IMG/VR virus record: IMGVR_UViG_3300049846_001081
DNA length: 64,000 nt
DNA from: a virus
Taxonomy: Duplodnaviria > Caudoviricetes
Reading direction: 5' to 3' (one strand)
Below the pieces are notes generated by a model that was not told the DNA's origin, searched no databases, and saw only the letters and a program-made list of their open reading frames with translations. Both the position numbers and the translations under genes were made by a program. Below are positions 9,708 through 19,932 of this stretch, piece after piece; position 1 is the first letter of the stretch, and each line of letters begins with the position of its first letter.

Positions 9708-11621
9708 GTGTCAATCAATAAGAATTTTGTAGTCAAGAATGGTTTTGAAGTAGCAACCAATCTTGTTTTTGCAAATGCTGATACCAAAAAGGTTGGTATT
9801 GGTTCTACGAATCCAGAAAGAACATTAGACGTTCGTGGTGGAATAGGTGCAACAGATCTTTATGTGATTGGAGTTGCAACTGCTACCAATCAATTACATG
9901 TTGGCGTAGGGGGAACAACATTAATTGGTATTGGTGGTTCTGTTGGTATTGGAACAGCAATTCCATCATATCTTTTAGATATTCGTTCACCAGTTAGCAC
10001 TGGTCAAACAGCACTTTATGTTAAAGGTGATGTTTATATCACTGGTGATTTGACAGTTGATGATATTACATTTGATGATGCAACACTTACTGATTTGACG
10101 GTTACTAATCAAACCACAAGTCAACAACTTACAGTATCCACGGCAACCACTACACAACATCTCAAAGTCACTGGTGTTTCTACTTTTGTAGGATTTTCTA
10201 CATTTAATAGTAGTGTTTATATTGCTGGTATTACTACTTTTGCAAATTATGCACAATTTCTTGATAGTCAATCATTATACTTTGGAAATGGTGCTGACCT
10301 AAACATCTATCATGATGGATCTAATAGTTATATTCAAGAACAGGGACAAGGAAGTCTTTATATTCAAAGCACTAGTGGAAGCATTAATATCCGTACCAAC
10401 AGTACAGAGAATGCAGTTGTTGCAAATCAAGATGGTTCAGTAGAACTTTATTATGATAATGCGAAAAAGTTTGAAACATTAGGTGTTGGAGCATCAGTTA
10501 GTGGAACACTTTTTACAAATCAGTTAAATTCATCTGGTATTGCAACTGCATCTGCATATTATATTGATGGCACATCCATTATCAGTAATTCAAAACAACT
10601 ACAGAATATTTCTTCTCTTGATGCAACAACAACAGCAACAATTGAAGCAGCAATCGCAAATGCACCGAACACATTTACTGACCTAACAGTAACTGGTATT
10701 ACCACTTTAGGAACTGTAAAAGTTTCTTCTGGTATCATCACTGCAACATCTGGTATCGTCACTTATTATGGTGACGGTTCATACTTAACTGGAAATGCAA
10801 GAAATCTAACTGCAACGATTGGTATCAGAACTGAAGGTGCTGTTCTTGGTTATGGTGTTTCATTCTTAGATTTAAGAGGAGCAGGAGTTTCTACTGCATA
10901 TTACAATTCTGCTGTTGGTATTGCGACCATTTTCTTCCAAGGAGGAGGTGGAAGTGGTGGTGCATCCATTGGTATTGGCACAACACCTGGAGAAGCTGGA
11001 TTCCCAGTTGGAGTTGTAACTGCAGGAAATCTTTGGTATAATAGTTCAATAGGAAGATTATTCATTTATTATAATGATGGATCCTCATCTCAGTGGGTAG
11101 ATGCTGCACCATTTAATGTTGCGGGAACATATCTCAGTAAGTTTGGTGATAATATACTTGCTGGTCTTGGTGTAACTGTTGGAGCCGCAAGTACGCCAAG
11201 TGTTTATTTTACGGGAGATGCTACAACAGGTTTCTTCTCTCCATCTGCAGGAAACTTTAATATTGTATCAGTTGGATCAACAATCCTAAACATTAATTCA
11301 AATGGTATTAAGGTAACTGGTATTGCAACAGCAACTGACTTTGATGCACTATCTGATATCAACTATAAAGAAAACATCGTAACAGTTAGTGATGCACTTT
11401 CAAAGGTAGATCAACTTCGTGGTGTGAGATTTGACTGGAAAGAAAGTGGTTTGCCTTCCTATGGTGTAATTGCACAAGAACTTCAAGAAGTCCTTCCAGA
11501 ATTAGTTCATGGAAATGAACCTAAAACTGTAAATTATAATGGTATCATTGGTGTGTTGATTGAAGCGATTAAAGAACTTAAAGTAGAGGTTGAAGACCTT
11601 AAGAATCAACTAAATAAGTAA
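9708..11621 (+). CDS. Tail fibre with C-terminal intramolecular chaperone (peptidase S74-like) domain
   Basis: GTG start; NKNFVVKNG N-terminus; GIGT fibre repeats; C-terminal SDINYKENI...GVIAQEL...VNYNGIIGVLIEAIKEL plus coiled coil. Confidence 0.85.
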   Translation: MSINKNFVVKNGFEVATNLVFANADTKKVGIGSTNPERTLDVRGGIGATDLYVIGVATATNQLHVGVGGTTLIGIGGSVGIGTAIPSYLLDIRSPVSTGQTALYVKGDVYITGDLTVDDITFDDATLTDLTVTNQTTSQQLTVSTATTTQHLKVTGVSTFVGFSTFNSSVYIAGITTFANYAQFLDSQSLYFGNGADLNIYHDGSNSYIQEQGQGSLYIQSTSGSINIRTNSTENAVVANQDGSVELYYDNAKKFETLGVGASVSGTLFTNQLNSSGIATASAYYIDGTSIISNSKQLQNISSLDATTTATIEAAIANAPNTFTDLTVTGITTLGTVKVSSGIITATSGIVTYYGDGSYLTGNARNLTATIGIRTEGAVLGYGVSFLDLRGAGVSTAYYNSAVGIATIFFQGGGGSGGASIGIGTTPGEAGFPVGVVTAGNLWYNSSIGRLFIYYNDGSSSQWVDAAPFNVAGTYLSKFGDNILAGLGVTVGAASTPSVYFTGDATTGFFSPSAGNFNIVSVGSTILNINSNGIKVTGIATATDFDALSDINYKENIVTVSDALSKVDQLRGVRFDWKESGLPSYGVIAQELQEVLPELVHGNEPKTVNYNGIIGVLIEAIKELKVEVEDLKNQLNK

Positions 11622-11640
11622 AAGCCGAGTGTAAACGAAG

Positions 11641-12489
11641 ATGGCAATTAAGATTTCGGGAACTACTGTTATTGATGACAGTAGAAATCTAATTAATATT
11701 AACTCCGGTTTGGGAGTTGGTATTCAATCTGCCGGAACAGTTGTTGGTTCTGGAATTACTACTCTTAACTTTGTAGGAACTGGAAACACTTTTGCCGTAA
11801 GTGGTGGGACCGTAAATATCAGTATTTCTGGTGGAGGTGGTGGAGGTTCTGGATTATTCAATACAGGAATTACAAGTTCCATTGGATTTGCAGTTACTAC
11901 TACAATGGGAACTGCATATAGTGCATCAGGAACTGTTGTAATTCACTCAATTCATGTAACAAATATTGATGGAACGAGCAGTGCAGACATTAGTGGTCAG
12001 ATGTATGCTGGTGCATATTCATTAGCAAATACTGTTCCTGTTCCTGCTGGTTCATCGGTTGAACTATTAAAACAACCAAAGGTACTAGCAACAGGGCAAA
12101 CTATTCAATTACAAGCAAGTGCTGATGGTGATTTACATGCAACAATTGCCATAGAACCACAAACTTCAGGATCTGCATATATTGGTGTTGGTACTGATAT
12201 TGACACTGCAGCAACATATACTGATTTATGGACTGCAACAGCAAATTCAGTATTACAAAGTATTCTTCTCGCAAATGATGATGGAACAAGTGATGTAAAA
12301 GCAAGAGTTGTTTGGACTGATGGAAGTAATAATATTATTGGTTACTATTGTTATGATATGGTGATCCCTGCTGATGCAACGGTAGAGATTCTTGAGCAAC
12401 CAAAGTTCTTACCTATTGGTTATAAGGTTCGTGTTTATGCAAACCAAGCAAATAGATTAGAAGCAATTCTTTCAGCAAAAACTGCTTGA
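11641..12489 (+). CDS. Virion structural protein with a duplicated C-terminal beta-sandwich
   Basis: MAIKISGTTVIDDSRN N-terminus; two related halves (IHSIHVTN..VPAGSSVELLKQPK and LQSILLAN..IPADATVEILEQPK). Confidence 0.6.
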   Translation: MAIKISGTTVIDDSRNLININSGLGVGIQSAGTVVGSGITTLNFVGTGNTFAVSGGTVNISISGGGGGGSGLFNTGITSSIGFAVTTTMGTAYSASGTVVIHSIHVTNIDGTSSADISGQMYAGAYSLANTVPVPAGSSVELLKQPKVLATGQTIQLQASADGDLHATIAIEPQTSGSAYIGVGTDIDTAATYTDLWTATANSVLQSILLANDDGTSDVKARVVWTDGSNNIIGYYCYDMVIPADATVEILEQPKFLPIGYKVRVYANQANRLEAILSAKTA

Positions 12490-12501
12490 TAGGAGAATAT
12501 C

Positions 12502-13644
12502 ATGGCAACTTTTAAAAAGGGCGTATGGGATTTACAGCAGGTAAGGGATCAATATCTTGATGGTGTATGGACTTATGAATCTCCAGAAAGAGCATTATAT
12601 ACCTTTGGTAATAATTCTTCTGGAGAATTAGGACAAAATAATATAACACAATATTCATCACCTGTTCAAATTCCAGGAGTACAATGGATTGCTGTTTCGG
12701 GATCTTACAATTCATCTTCTGGATTGAAATCTGACGGAACTTTATGGACATGGGGATTAAATCCAGTTGGTCAATTAGGACTTAATAATACACAAAGAAT
12801 ATCATCACCAACACAAATTCCGGGAACACAGTGGGCAAAAATTGAGGGAGGAAATGGTGCTATATTTTCTATTAAAACTGATGGAACATTATGGGCATGG
12901 GGAGCAAATTATTCTGGACAATTAGGAATTAACTTATCAACCGGTACTTATCGCTCTTCTCCCGTTCAAATTCCAGGAACACAATGGAGTTTAGTTAGCA
13001 ATAATAGAACACAAACACTTGGTTTAAAAACTGATGGAACATTATGGGCATGGGGTGGATCTGATCAGGGACAATTAGGACAAAACGAAATAGCAAACCA
13101 ATATTCATCGCCAAGACAAATTCCAGGAACACAATGGAATTCTATTTCTAGTGCTTATTTTAGATCATATGCAACCAAAACTGATGGAACATTGTGGGCA
13201 TGGGGTAGAGGTGCATATGGAATGTTGGGTCAAAATGATCAGACACAATATTCATCACCAAGGCAAATTCCAGGAACACAATGGTCTTCAGTTCCATTAT
13301 CAATGTCTTATAACGCATTTGCATTCAAAAATGATGGAACTTTATGGGCTCTTGGTGGATATGGTGAATATGGAAGATTAGGACAGAATAATACAACATC
13401 ACGTTCGTCACCAGTTCAAATTCCGGGAACACAATGGAATTCTTTCTCTGGATCCTATTATGTTTCGGTAGCAACAAAAACTGACGGAACCGCTTGGTCT
13501 TGGGGTCGCAACTATTCTGGATATCTTGGACACGGTGATAGAATAGATAAATCATCCCCAACACAAATACCAGGAACACAATGGACGAGTGTTGGTGTGG
13601 GCGGATATACTGCAGGATTCACATTCCTACTTAAAAACCCATAA
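12502..13644 (+). CDS. RCC1/BLIP-II-like 7-bladed beta-propeller protein
   Basis: Seven repeats SSPxQIPG(T/V)QW...KxDGTLWxWG..GxLG after a short N-terminal peptide. Confidence 0.85.
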   Translation: MATFKKGVWDLQQVRDQYLDGVWTYESPERALYTFGNNSSGELGQNNITQYSSPVQIPGVQWIAVSGSYNSSSGLKSDGTLWTWGLNPVGQLGLNNTQRISSPTQIPGTQWAKIEGGNGAIFSIKTDGTLWAWGANYSGQLGINLSTGTYRSSPVQIPGTQWSLVSNNRTQTLGLKTDGTLWAWGGSDQGQLGQNEIANQYSSPRQIPGTQWNSISSAYFRSYATKTDGTLWAWGRGAYGMLGQNDQTQYSSPRQIPGTQWSSVPLSMSYNAFAFKNDGTLWALGGYGEYGRLGQNNTTSRSSPVQIPGTQWNSFSGSYYVSVATKTDGTAWSWGRNYSGYLGHGDRIDKSSPTQIPGTQWTSVGVGGYTAGFTFLLKNP

Positions 13645-13661
13645 TACATAACTAATAAACT

Positions 13662-13669
13662 TATAAATA
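13662..13669 (+). promoter_or_regulatory. T4-like late promoter
   Basis: Perfect TATAAATA 21 nt upstream of the ATG at 13691. Confidence 0.75.
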
Positions 13670-13690
13670 CTTTTAAAGTTTCACATACCG

Positions 13691-14404
13691 ATGAAAATAT
13701 TCAAGTTCTTATCAGTAGATGCAAAAACTGGTATCTCAGTAGAAATTGAAAGACCTCTAGAAGGTCCAACTGCACCTAATTTACCTGGAATCGGTAAAGT
13801 TTTCTATTTTGGTGGTTGGATGTATGCGACAGTAGATGATAGTGCAGTAGCAGAACCAGAAAATTATATTTTTGAAATTACTCAAGAAGAGTTTGATAAC
13901 GTAATTCAGGTTGAATTTGATGCTTCTAAATCAAGAAGAATTGCTGACGCCTATGAAGAGGAAAAAGGAATTCGTTCAGCACTTTTTGGTAAGTATCATG
14001 AGTCTGCCTCAGTCGCTGGAGTTTATAAATATGAGCAAGCAAAAGCAGTTTTAGCAGATCCAACTGCTGATGCACCTGATGTAGAAGCAGAAGCAGACGC
14101 TAGAGGTGTTGCTGTTGCAATCATTGCACAAAGAATTGTTGATAACCATGAAGCATTTAGATTAACCGAAGCAAAACTTGCTGGTCTTCGTGGTAAAATT
14201 GTTGATAGACTAACTGAATTGACTTTTGATGAAACTGATGTACTTGGAAGTTGGGAAGAACTATCAGAAAGACAAGAAGTGATTGGAACTCATGAAGATG
14301 GACCTGCTAATGGAGCAGGTGGAAGACCTGAAGGAAATGAAGTTAAGGTTGGATACTATTCTCCAAGTCTAGGTTTAAGGTGGGAATGGTTGAATAAGGG
14401 TTGA
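13691..14404 (+). CDS. Putative tail fibre assembly/chaperone-like protein (237 aa)
   Basis: Helical segment EQAKAVLAD...EAEADARG...IAQRIV...KLAGLRGK resembles phage tail-assembly chaperones; lies between two propeller genes. Confidence 0.4.
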   Translation: MKIFKFLSVDAKTGISVEIERPLEGPTAPNLPGIGKVFYFGGWMYATVDDSAVAEPENYIFEITQEEFDNVIQVEFDASKSRRIADAYEEEKGIRSALFGKYHESASVAGVYKYEQAKAVLADPTADAPDVEAEADARGVAVAIIAQRIVDNHEAFRLTEAKLAGLRGKIVDRLTELTFDETDVLGSWEELSERQEVIGTHEDGPANGAGGRPEGNEVKVGYYSPSLGLRWEWLNKG

Positions 14405-14408
14405 TGAT

Positions 14409-15542
14409 ATGATTACATCAACTACGAGTGGTGTTTGGGAACTTGATGAAGTTTATGCGAAGCGTAATGCTGAAAGGTGGAGACCTGGGATTGCTACTTA
14501 TGAATTGTGGGCATGGGGAGTTAATAATAATGGTGAACTAGCTCAAAATAATTTAACATATAGATCATCACCTGTTCAAATTCCAGGAACACAGTGGAAT
14601 GATGTTGCTTTTGGATATAACTCCACACTTGCATCAAAAACTGATGGAACATTATGGGCATGGGGATATAATTATTATGGAGAAGTCGGTGTAAATAATA
14701 GGACTAGATATTCATCACCAGTACAAATTCCAGGAACACAATGGAATAAAACTGTAGCAGGACTATATTATGTTGGTGCGTCAAAAACTGATGGAACTTT
14801 ATGGATGTGGGGGTATAATAATACCGGACAACTTGGACTTGGTGATAAGGTAACATATTCATCACCAGTTCAAGTTCCAGGTACTCAATGGAATAATTTT
14901 GCTGCTGGAATGTATGGATATTATTTAATGGCGGCAACCAAAACTGATGGAACTTTGTGGGTATGGGGTAGAGGAGTTAGTGGTGAAACGGGACAAAATG
15001 ATAGAATAAATCGTTCTTCACCAATACAAGTTCCTGGAACACAATGGTCTTTTATTAATGCTGGCACTGGTATATCTGCAACAAAAACTGATGGAACATT
15101 GTGGACATGGGGAGAAAATAATTATGGTCAATTAGGAATTAATGATGTAATATATCGTTCATCACCAGTTCAAGTTCCAGGAACACAGTGGAATAAAGTT
15201 TTTACTGGATACAACACTTTTGGGATTAAAACTGATGGAACATTATGGGCATGGGGATATAATGCTGCGGGAGAGCTAGGTCAAAATAATTTAACATATA
15301 GATCATCACCTGTTCAAATTCCAGGAACAGAATGGAATATTGTCGTTGCTGGATACAATCACTCTGCTGCAACAAAAACAGATGGAACTTTATGGACATG
15401 GGGAGCAAATGCTTATGGTACGAGTGGACAAAATGATCTTGTAACTCGTTCATCACCAACACAAGTTCCTGGAACGCAATGGAGTACAATAAATGGTGAT
15501 ATATATTCATATTTTGCAACTAAACAAATATTTACATATTAA
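14409..15542 (+). CDS. RCC1/BLIP-II-like 7-bladed beta-propeller protein
   Basis: Seven PGT(Q/E)W repeats with KTDGTLWxWG motifs. Confidence 0.85.
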   Translation: MITSTTSGVWELDEVYAKRNAERWRPGIATYELWAWGVNNNGELAQNNLTYRSSPVQIPGTQWNDVAFGYNSTLASKTDGTLWAWGYNYYGEVGVNNRTRYSSPVQIPGTQWNKTVAGLYYVGASKTDGTLWMWGYNNTGQLGLGDKVTYSSPVQVPGTQWNNFAAGMYGYYLMAATKTDGTLWVWGRGVSGETGQNDRINRSSPIQVPGTQWSFINAGTGISATKTDGTLWTWGENNYGQLGINDVIYRSSPVQVPGTQWNKVFTGYNTFGIKTDGTLWAWGYNAAGELGQNNLTYRSSPVQIPGTEWNIVVAGYNHSAATKTDGTLWTWGANAYGTSGQNDLVTRSSPTQVPGTQWSTINGDIYSYFATKQIFTY

Positions 15543-15548
15543 CAACAC

Positions 15549-16136
15549 ATGAATCCTTTTGAACTTATTATTATTCAACCGAATATTATACCGCAACATC
15601 ACATTCAAGAACTTCTTCAATTAACCAATCAACCAACATCAAGTGCAACTGTTGGTTCTGGTGAAGAAAAAATAGAAAAAGAAACAAGACATACATTATG
15701 GTATCCAATACCTTATCCCATGTTGCAGAATTTAACATCTGCAACAATGTCTTGCTATCAATCATTTATTCATTCAAAGTATAACTCCACAGTCAAAAAC
15801 ATAGAACCAACGCAGTTTCTAGGATATCCTATCGGCGGTCACTATATAGAACATAATGATAGCGAAAACTTTGAAGGAGGAAAGTGGGTTAGAATTGCTC
15901 CAAGAGACATTTCTATCCTGTATTACCTTAATGATGAATATACTGGTGGAGAACTAGAATTCACAAAATTGGGATTGACGATTAGACCTCAAAGAGGTAT
16001 GATGATAGCATTCCCATCTTATAAAGAGTTTGCTCATAAGGTACATCCAGTCAAATCTGGTGTTCGTTATTCATTGGTCACATGGTTAGAGACAGAGAAG
16101 AAAGTTTATGACACTATACGAAGAGAAAGGATTTGA
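15549..16136 (+). CDS. 2OG-Fe(II) oxygenase, prolyl-4-hydroxylase-like
   Basis: HND iron motif, ISILYYLNDEYTGGELEF, FPS..HKVHPVKSGVRYSLVTW. Confidence 0.9.
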   Translation: MNPFELIIIQPNIIPQHHIQELLQLTNQPTSSATVGSGEEKIEKETRHTLWYPIPYPMLQNLTSATMSCYQSFIHSKYNSTVKNIEPTQFLGYPIGGHYIEHNDSENFEGGKWVRIAPRDISILYYLNDEYTGGELEFTKLGLTIRPQRGMMIAFPSYKEFAHKVHPVKSGVRYSLVTWLETEKKVYDTIRRERI

Positions 16137-16689
16137 GGTTGTTCCTCATTTTATTCCTCCATTTTTTGCACAATATCTAAGAAATTATTTTGATTTGCTA
16201 AGAGTAAATGATCAGATCCCAAATAAAGGTGATGAACAAGTAGAAAAATCACTTGGGATTTATGGTGACCCAGCATTTGATATGCTAATGTTAATGTCTC
16301 TACCTAAAGTGGAAGAAGTTGTTGGAAAGAAACTTCTTCCAACTTATACCTATGCCAGAATTTATTTCAATGGCGCTGGGTTGCTTCCACATGTGGATCG
16401 TGAAGAATGTGAGCACTCTGTTTCTCTCTGTCTTGGTGGTGAATATAATTCTCTATGGCCATTGTGGTTTAAGAATGAGAACACAGATCCTGAATACGCA
16501 GCGATGAGTGAAGGAGATGCTGTAATCTATAAAGGAAATAAAGTTCATCATTGGCGTGATGAATTTGAAGGAGTAACACAATTTCAAGTATTCATGCATT
16601 ATGTTGAAGCAGAAGGTGAATACAAGAATAAGTTATTTGATACAAGACCCTACATTGGACTGCCTGCTGGAACTAAAACTGAGTATTGA
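16108..16689 (+). CDS. 2OG-Fe(II) oxygenase
   Basis: YARIY..LLPHVDR.ECEHSVSLCL, GDAVIYKG..HHWR, QVFMHYV. Confidence 0.85.
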   Translation: MTLYEEKGFEVVPHFIPPFFAQYLRNYFDLLRVNDQIPNKGDEQVEKSLGIYGDPAFDMLMLMSLPKVEEVVGKKLLPTYTYARIYFNGAGLLPHVDREECEHSVSLCLGGEYNSLWPLWFKNENTDPEYAAMSEGDAVIYKGNKVHHWRDEFEGVTQFQVFMHYVEAEGEYKNKLFDTRPYIGLPAGTKTEY

Positions 16690-16691
16690 AG

Positions 16692-17984
16692 ATGATCCAA
16701 CAACTGATTATTGAACTGAGTGAAAAAGGTGAACCAAAAGCAGCAAAAGAATTAGCAAAGGCATATCTCAAACATTCACCAGACCCTGAGATAATAAATC
16801 TGCTTGGTAAACTGCATCATGATGATAAAGAATTTGATAAAGCATTAGAATGTATGAATGCATTGCAGGAATCTCCTGGTGTAATCATCAACAAAGCAAA
16901 GTGTCTTTATTATCTACGACGAGCACCAGAAGCAGAGAAACTTCTTCTTAAACTTCCAAAAGAAGTTAGAGAAGATCCTTTGACGCAGATTGATCGCTCA
17001 CTTTATACGACTGCACAAGGTAAGTTTGATTTAAGCAAGAGAATTCTTGAACCACTTGCAGATACCATTCCACAGGCTGCATTTAATTATGGATGGTTTT
17101 TGTTGAATGATGACTTCTTAAAGGGTTATGAATACATTCGTGCAGGTGCAAAGTTAAGAGTATGGGGGCATGAATGGTTACTGAAAGAAAAGTATGGAAT
17201 TGATGAAGACCAACGTTGGAATGGAGAAGAAGTAGATACGATTGCATACTATCTTGAAGGTGGTATGGGTGATGAGATGATTTTTATTCGTTATGCAAAT
17301 CATTTTAAAAAATATTGCAAGACTCTTAAGATCTTCTGCACCAAATCCACCAAACCATTGTTTGAAGCATGTGGATATGAAAATGTCTATCTACATGAAG
17401 ATATTGTAAGAACCAAATGGACAAAGTTTGTTCCTGCAATGTCTGCACCATATTTTCTGGGTCTTTCTGGTCCTTGTGAAGGTGTAGAATTTCCTTATCT
17501 ACAAAAGCAAGCAAATCCAGTTCCTGAGATGAATGAAGTCGCAAAGGGACGCAAGAAGATTTGTATTCGTTGGAAAGGAAATCCACAATTTGAACATGAC
17601 CAATTCCGTAGTATTCCAATTGAAAAACTACTTGGATTGGATAAGTTTGGTCAGTTGTTTTCTATTCAAATTGAAGATAGTGACTTACCAAAAAATGCAC
17701 CAGTATGGGATTTAAGTCATCTAATTCATAACTGGAATGATACTTATGATATCTTTGCAGAAAGTGATTTAATTATCACATCTTGTACTGCGACTGCACA
17801 TCTTGCTGGTGCGATGGGCAAGAGACTGATTGTAATGCCTCCTTTGGTTCCTTATATTCCTTGGGCATCTGAGAGTATTAAATGGTATGGTGATAATGTG
17901 ACTGTCTTAAAACAAATGGAATACAACAGTTGGGATAAGACAATTGAAAAACTTTATGAGGTCATGGAAAATGAGATTTCATAG
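16692..17984 (+). CDS. TPR-containing GT-B (GT9-like) glycosyltransferase
   Basis: N-terminal TPR-like helices; EGGMGDEMIFIRYA, ICIRWKGNP, FSIQ and DLIITSCTATAHLAGAMGK motifs. ATG at 16692 (track uses TTG at 16686). Confidence 0.75.
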   Translation: MIQQLIIELSEKGEPKAAKELAKAYLKHSPDPEIINLLGKLHHDDKEFDKALECMNALQESPGVIINKAKCLYYLRRAPEAEKLLLKLPKEVREDPLTQIDRSLYTTAQGKFDLSKRILEPLADTIPQAAFNYGWFLLNDDFLKGYEYIRAGAKLRVWGHEWLLKEKYGIDEDQRWNGEEVDTIAYYLEGGMGDEMIFIRYANHFKKYCKTLKIFCTKSTKPLFEACGYENVYLHEDIVRTKWTKFVPAMSAPYFLGLSGPCEGVEFPYLQKQANPVPEMNEVAKGRKKICIRWKGNPQFEHDQFRSIPIEKLLGLDKFGQLFSIQIEDSDLPKNAPVWDLSHLIHNWNDTYDIFAESDLIITSCTATAHLAGAMGKRLIVMPPLVPYIPWASESIKWYGDNVTVLKQMEYNSWDKTIEKLYEVMENEIS

Positions 17985-18666
17985 TTTTTATACAGAAAAT
18001 CTTCCAGAACAAATTATTCATGATCACCAAAAGTGTTGTGAAAAAGTAGGAGTTGAAGTTTATTATCATAAGTATCCTGAGTTTGAAACCTATGATGATG
18101 CATTTTTTGCTCATGGTGATTTCATGACGAAAATGATGCAAGAAGAAACAGATGATGTTGTTTGTTTTCTTGATGTAGATTGTCTACCTACCAATAAGGA
18201 CATTCTTTTCGCTGGTTATCAATGGGCAAAAGAAAATCATTCTTTCGTTGGTAATGCACAAAACATTTCTCACATGCAGTTGAGAAACTATCTTTATTCT
18301 GCACCAGGTCTCACGCTTCTATCTAAAAAAGGTTGGGAAAGAGTTGGAAGTCCAAGCCTCCGTGCGTTTCATCAAAATGACACCTTGATTGATACCATTC
18401 ATATTGTAAGTTTAAGAGCAGACCAAATTGCAATGGATTATCAATTGATGTATCCAGTTGGATTTGATGGTGATGAAGAATCACCATCACGTCTTGGAAG
18501 TTATGGTTATTATGGAAAAGGAACATTATATCCTGCATCATGGCACTACTTTAGAATTAGTGACTTTATTGGAAAAGAAAATCTTCCTGAGTTGTGGACA
18601 AAGAGAGTTGATGATATAATGAATGGTAGGCAAATTATTCCAAGATATACGTCAAGATATTATTGA
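17971..18666 (+). CDS. GT-A-like glycosyltransferase (DxD)
   Basis: VCFLDVDCLP DxD motif; paralog of 19270-19932. ATG at 17971 is preferred over TTG at 17944. Confidence 0.55.
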   Translation: MRFHSFYTENLPEQIIHDHQKCCEKVGVEVYYHKYPEFETYDDAFFAHGDFMTKMMQEETDDVVCFLDVDCLPTNKDILFAGYQWAKENHSFVGNAQNISHMQLRNYLYSAPGLTLLSKKGWERVGSPSLRAFHQNDTLIDTIHIVSLRADQIAMDYQLMYPVGFDGDEESPSRLGSYGYYGKGTLYPASWHYFRISDFIGKENLPELWTKRVDDIMNGRQIIPRYTSRYY

Positions 18667-18667
18667 G

Positions 18668-19273
18668 ATGAATATTGAAACATATAGTTTATTTCCAACT
18701 AACATTGTAAGAACTGATTTCAAAGGTTTCATTACCCCAGAAGATCATTCTGCAATGATGCAAAGTGTTGATATGTTAATTGAGAATGGCGTTTATACTG
18801 ATAATGAACTGACCCCAAAGTATCAAACATCAGTAATTCTATTTCATGAAGATGCTCCACCAATCTGGCAGAAGTTAAAGCAAACATTTTATCAAGCATG
18901 TCATAATTATTTGCAAGCAACACCAGGATTTACTGGAAATCAGAATGCACTGGAGTTCACTGGTGCAGGTGCATGGTGTTACAAAGGATGGAAATCTTTA
19001 AATGCAAAAGAAACAAATCCATGGCACAATCACAATCCATCATTTCTTTCTGGTGTTTATTATCTAAAAGTTCCTGGTGATTGGTCTGTTGGTGGAACAG
19101 AATTTCATGATCCACGTACAGCACCAGCACACGGAAATCAAAATCAGTGCATTGCACCACAAGAATATACTTGGATTATTTTTCCTGGTTGGTTATCACA
19201 CAAAAGCAATTATGTTGATACTGAAGAACCACGCTATGTAATAGCCGCAAATATGTATGTAAAAGTCAAATGA
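18668..19273 (+). CDS. 2OG-Fe(II) oxygenase (TIGR02466-like)
   Basis: Starts with LFPT; HNH..LSGVYYLKVP; IIFPGWLSH; RYVIAAN. Confidence 0.8.
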   Translation: MNIETYSLFPTNIVRTDFKGFITPEDHSAMMQSVDMLIENGVYTDNELTPKYQTSVILFHEDAPPIWQKLKQTFYQACHNYLQATPGFTGNQNALEFTGAGAWCYKGWKSLNAKETNPWHNHNPSFLSGVYYLKVPGDWSVGGTEFHDPRTAPAHGNQNQCIAPQEYTWIIFPGWLSHKSNYVDTEEPRYVIAANMYVKVK

Positions 19274-19932
19274 AAAGAGCAATTTTTACTTTCTATAATC
19301 TATCAATTGATAAAGAGGTTATACGACTTCAACATGAAGTGATTCAGAAGTTAAACAAAACTGCTGACTTTCTTCCTTTATGTTCTCAAACGCATGGTGA
19401 GGAAGTTATTCATCCAGATGGTGTTGAATATGGATTTCATCAACTGTTTCAAGAGTATGATACAGTTTTGCTTTTAGATGTTGACTGTATTCCCTTAAAT
19501 CAATATGCACTTGAGTATACCTTTGAACAAGCAGAAAGTGGCAAGTTGATTGGTAATGCACAGATTGGTGCTCATCTACAAAATCCAGAACATCTATATG
19601 TTGCTCCATCAGCATTTTGTCTTACACGAAAAATGTTTGAGGACTTTGGAAGACTTACATTTAAACCCGATCATTATCATGCAGATACCTGTGGATTCTA
19701 TACGCTTGAAGCAGAAAAGCGTGGAGTAGAAGTAGAATTTTATATGCCCACACATTTCCAACGACCACCAAGAAATGCTGTATGGGATTTAGGTCAAGGT
19801 CGTGGTCAGTATGGTATTGGTACTACATATTCAAATCATCTTGGTGTGAATATGTTCTATCATCTATTTGAAAGTCGTCTAAATGTATATAATTGTCTGT
19901 TCTACGATAAATGTGAGGAGTTACTGAAATGA
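19270..19932 (+). CDS. GT-A-like glycosyltransferase (DxD)
   Basis: LLLDVDCIPL, LIGNAQ and YVAPSAFCL shared with 17971-18666. Confidence 0.55.
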   Translation: MKRAIFTFYNLSIDKEVIRLQHEVIQKLNKTADFLPLCSQTHGEEVIHPDGVEYGFHQLFQEYDTVLLLDVDCIPLNQYALEYTFEQAESGKLIGNAQIGAHLQNPEHLYVAPSAFCLTRKMFEDFGRLTFKPDHYHADTCGFYTLEAEKRGVEVEFYMPTHFQRPPRNAVWDLGQGRGQYGIGTTYSNHLGVNMFYHLFESRLNVYNCLFYDKCEELLK

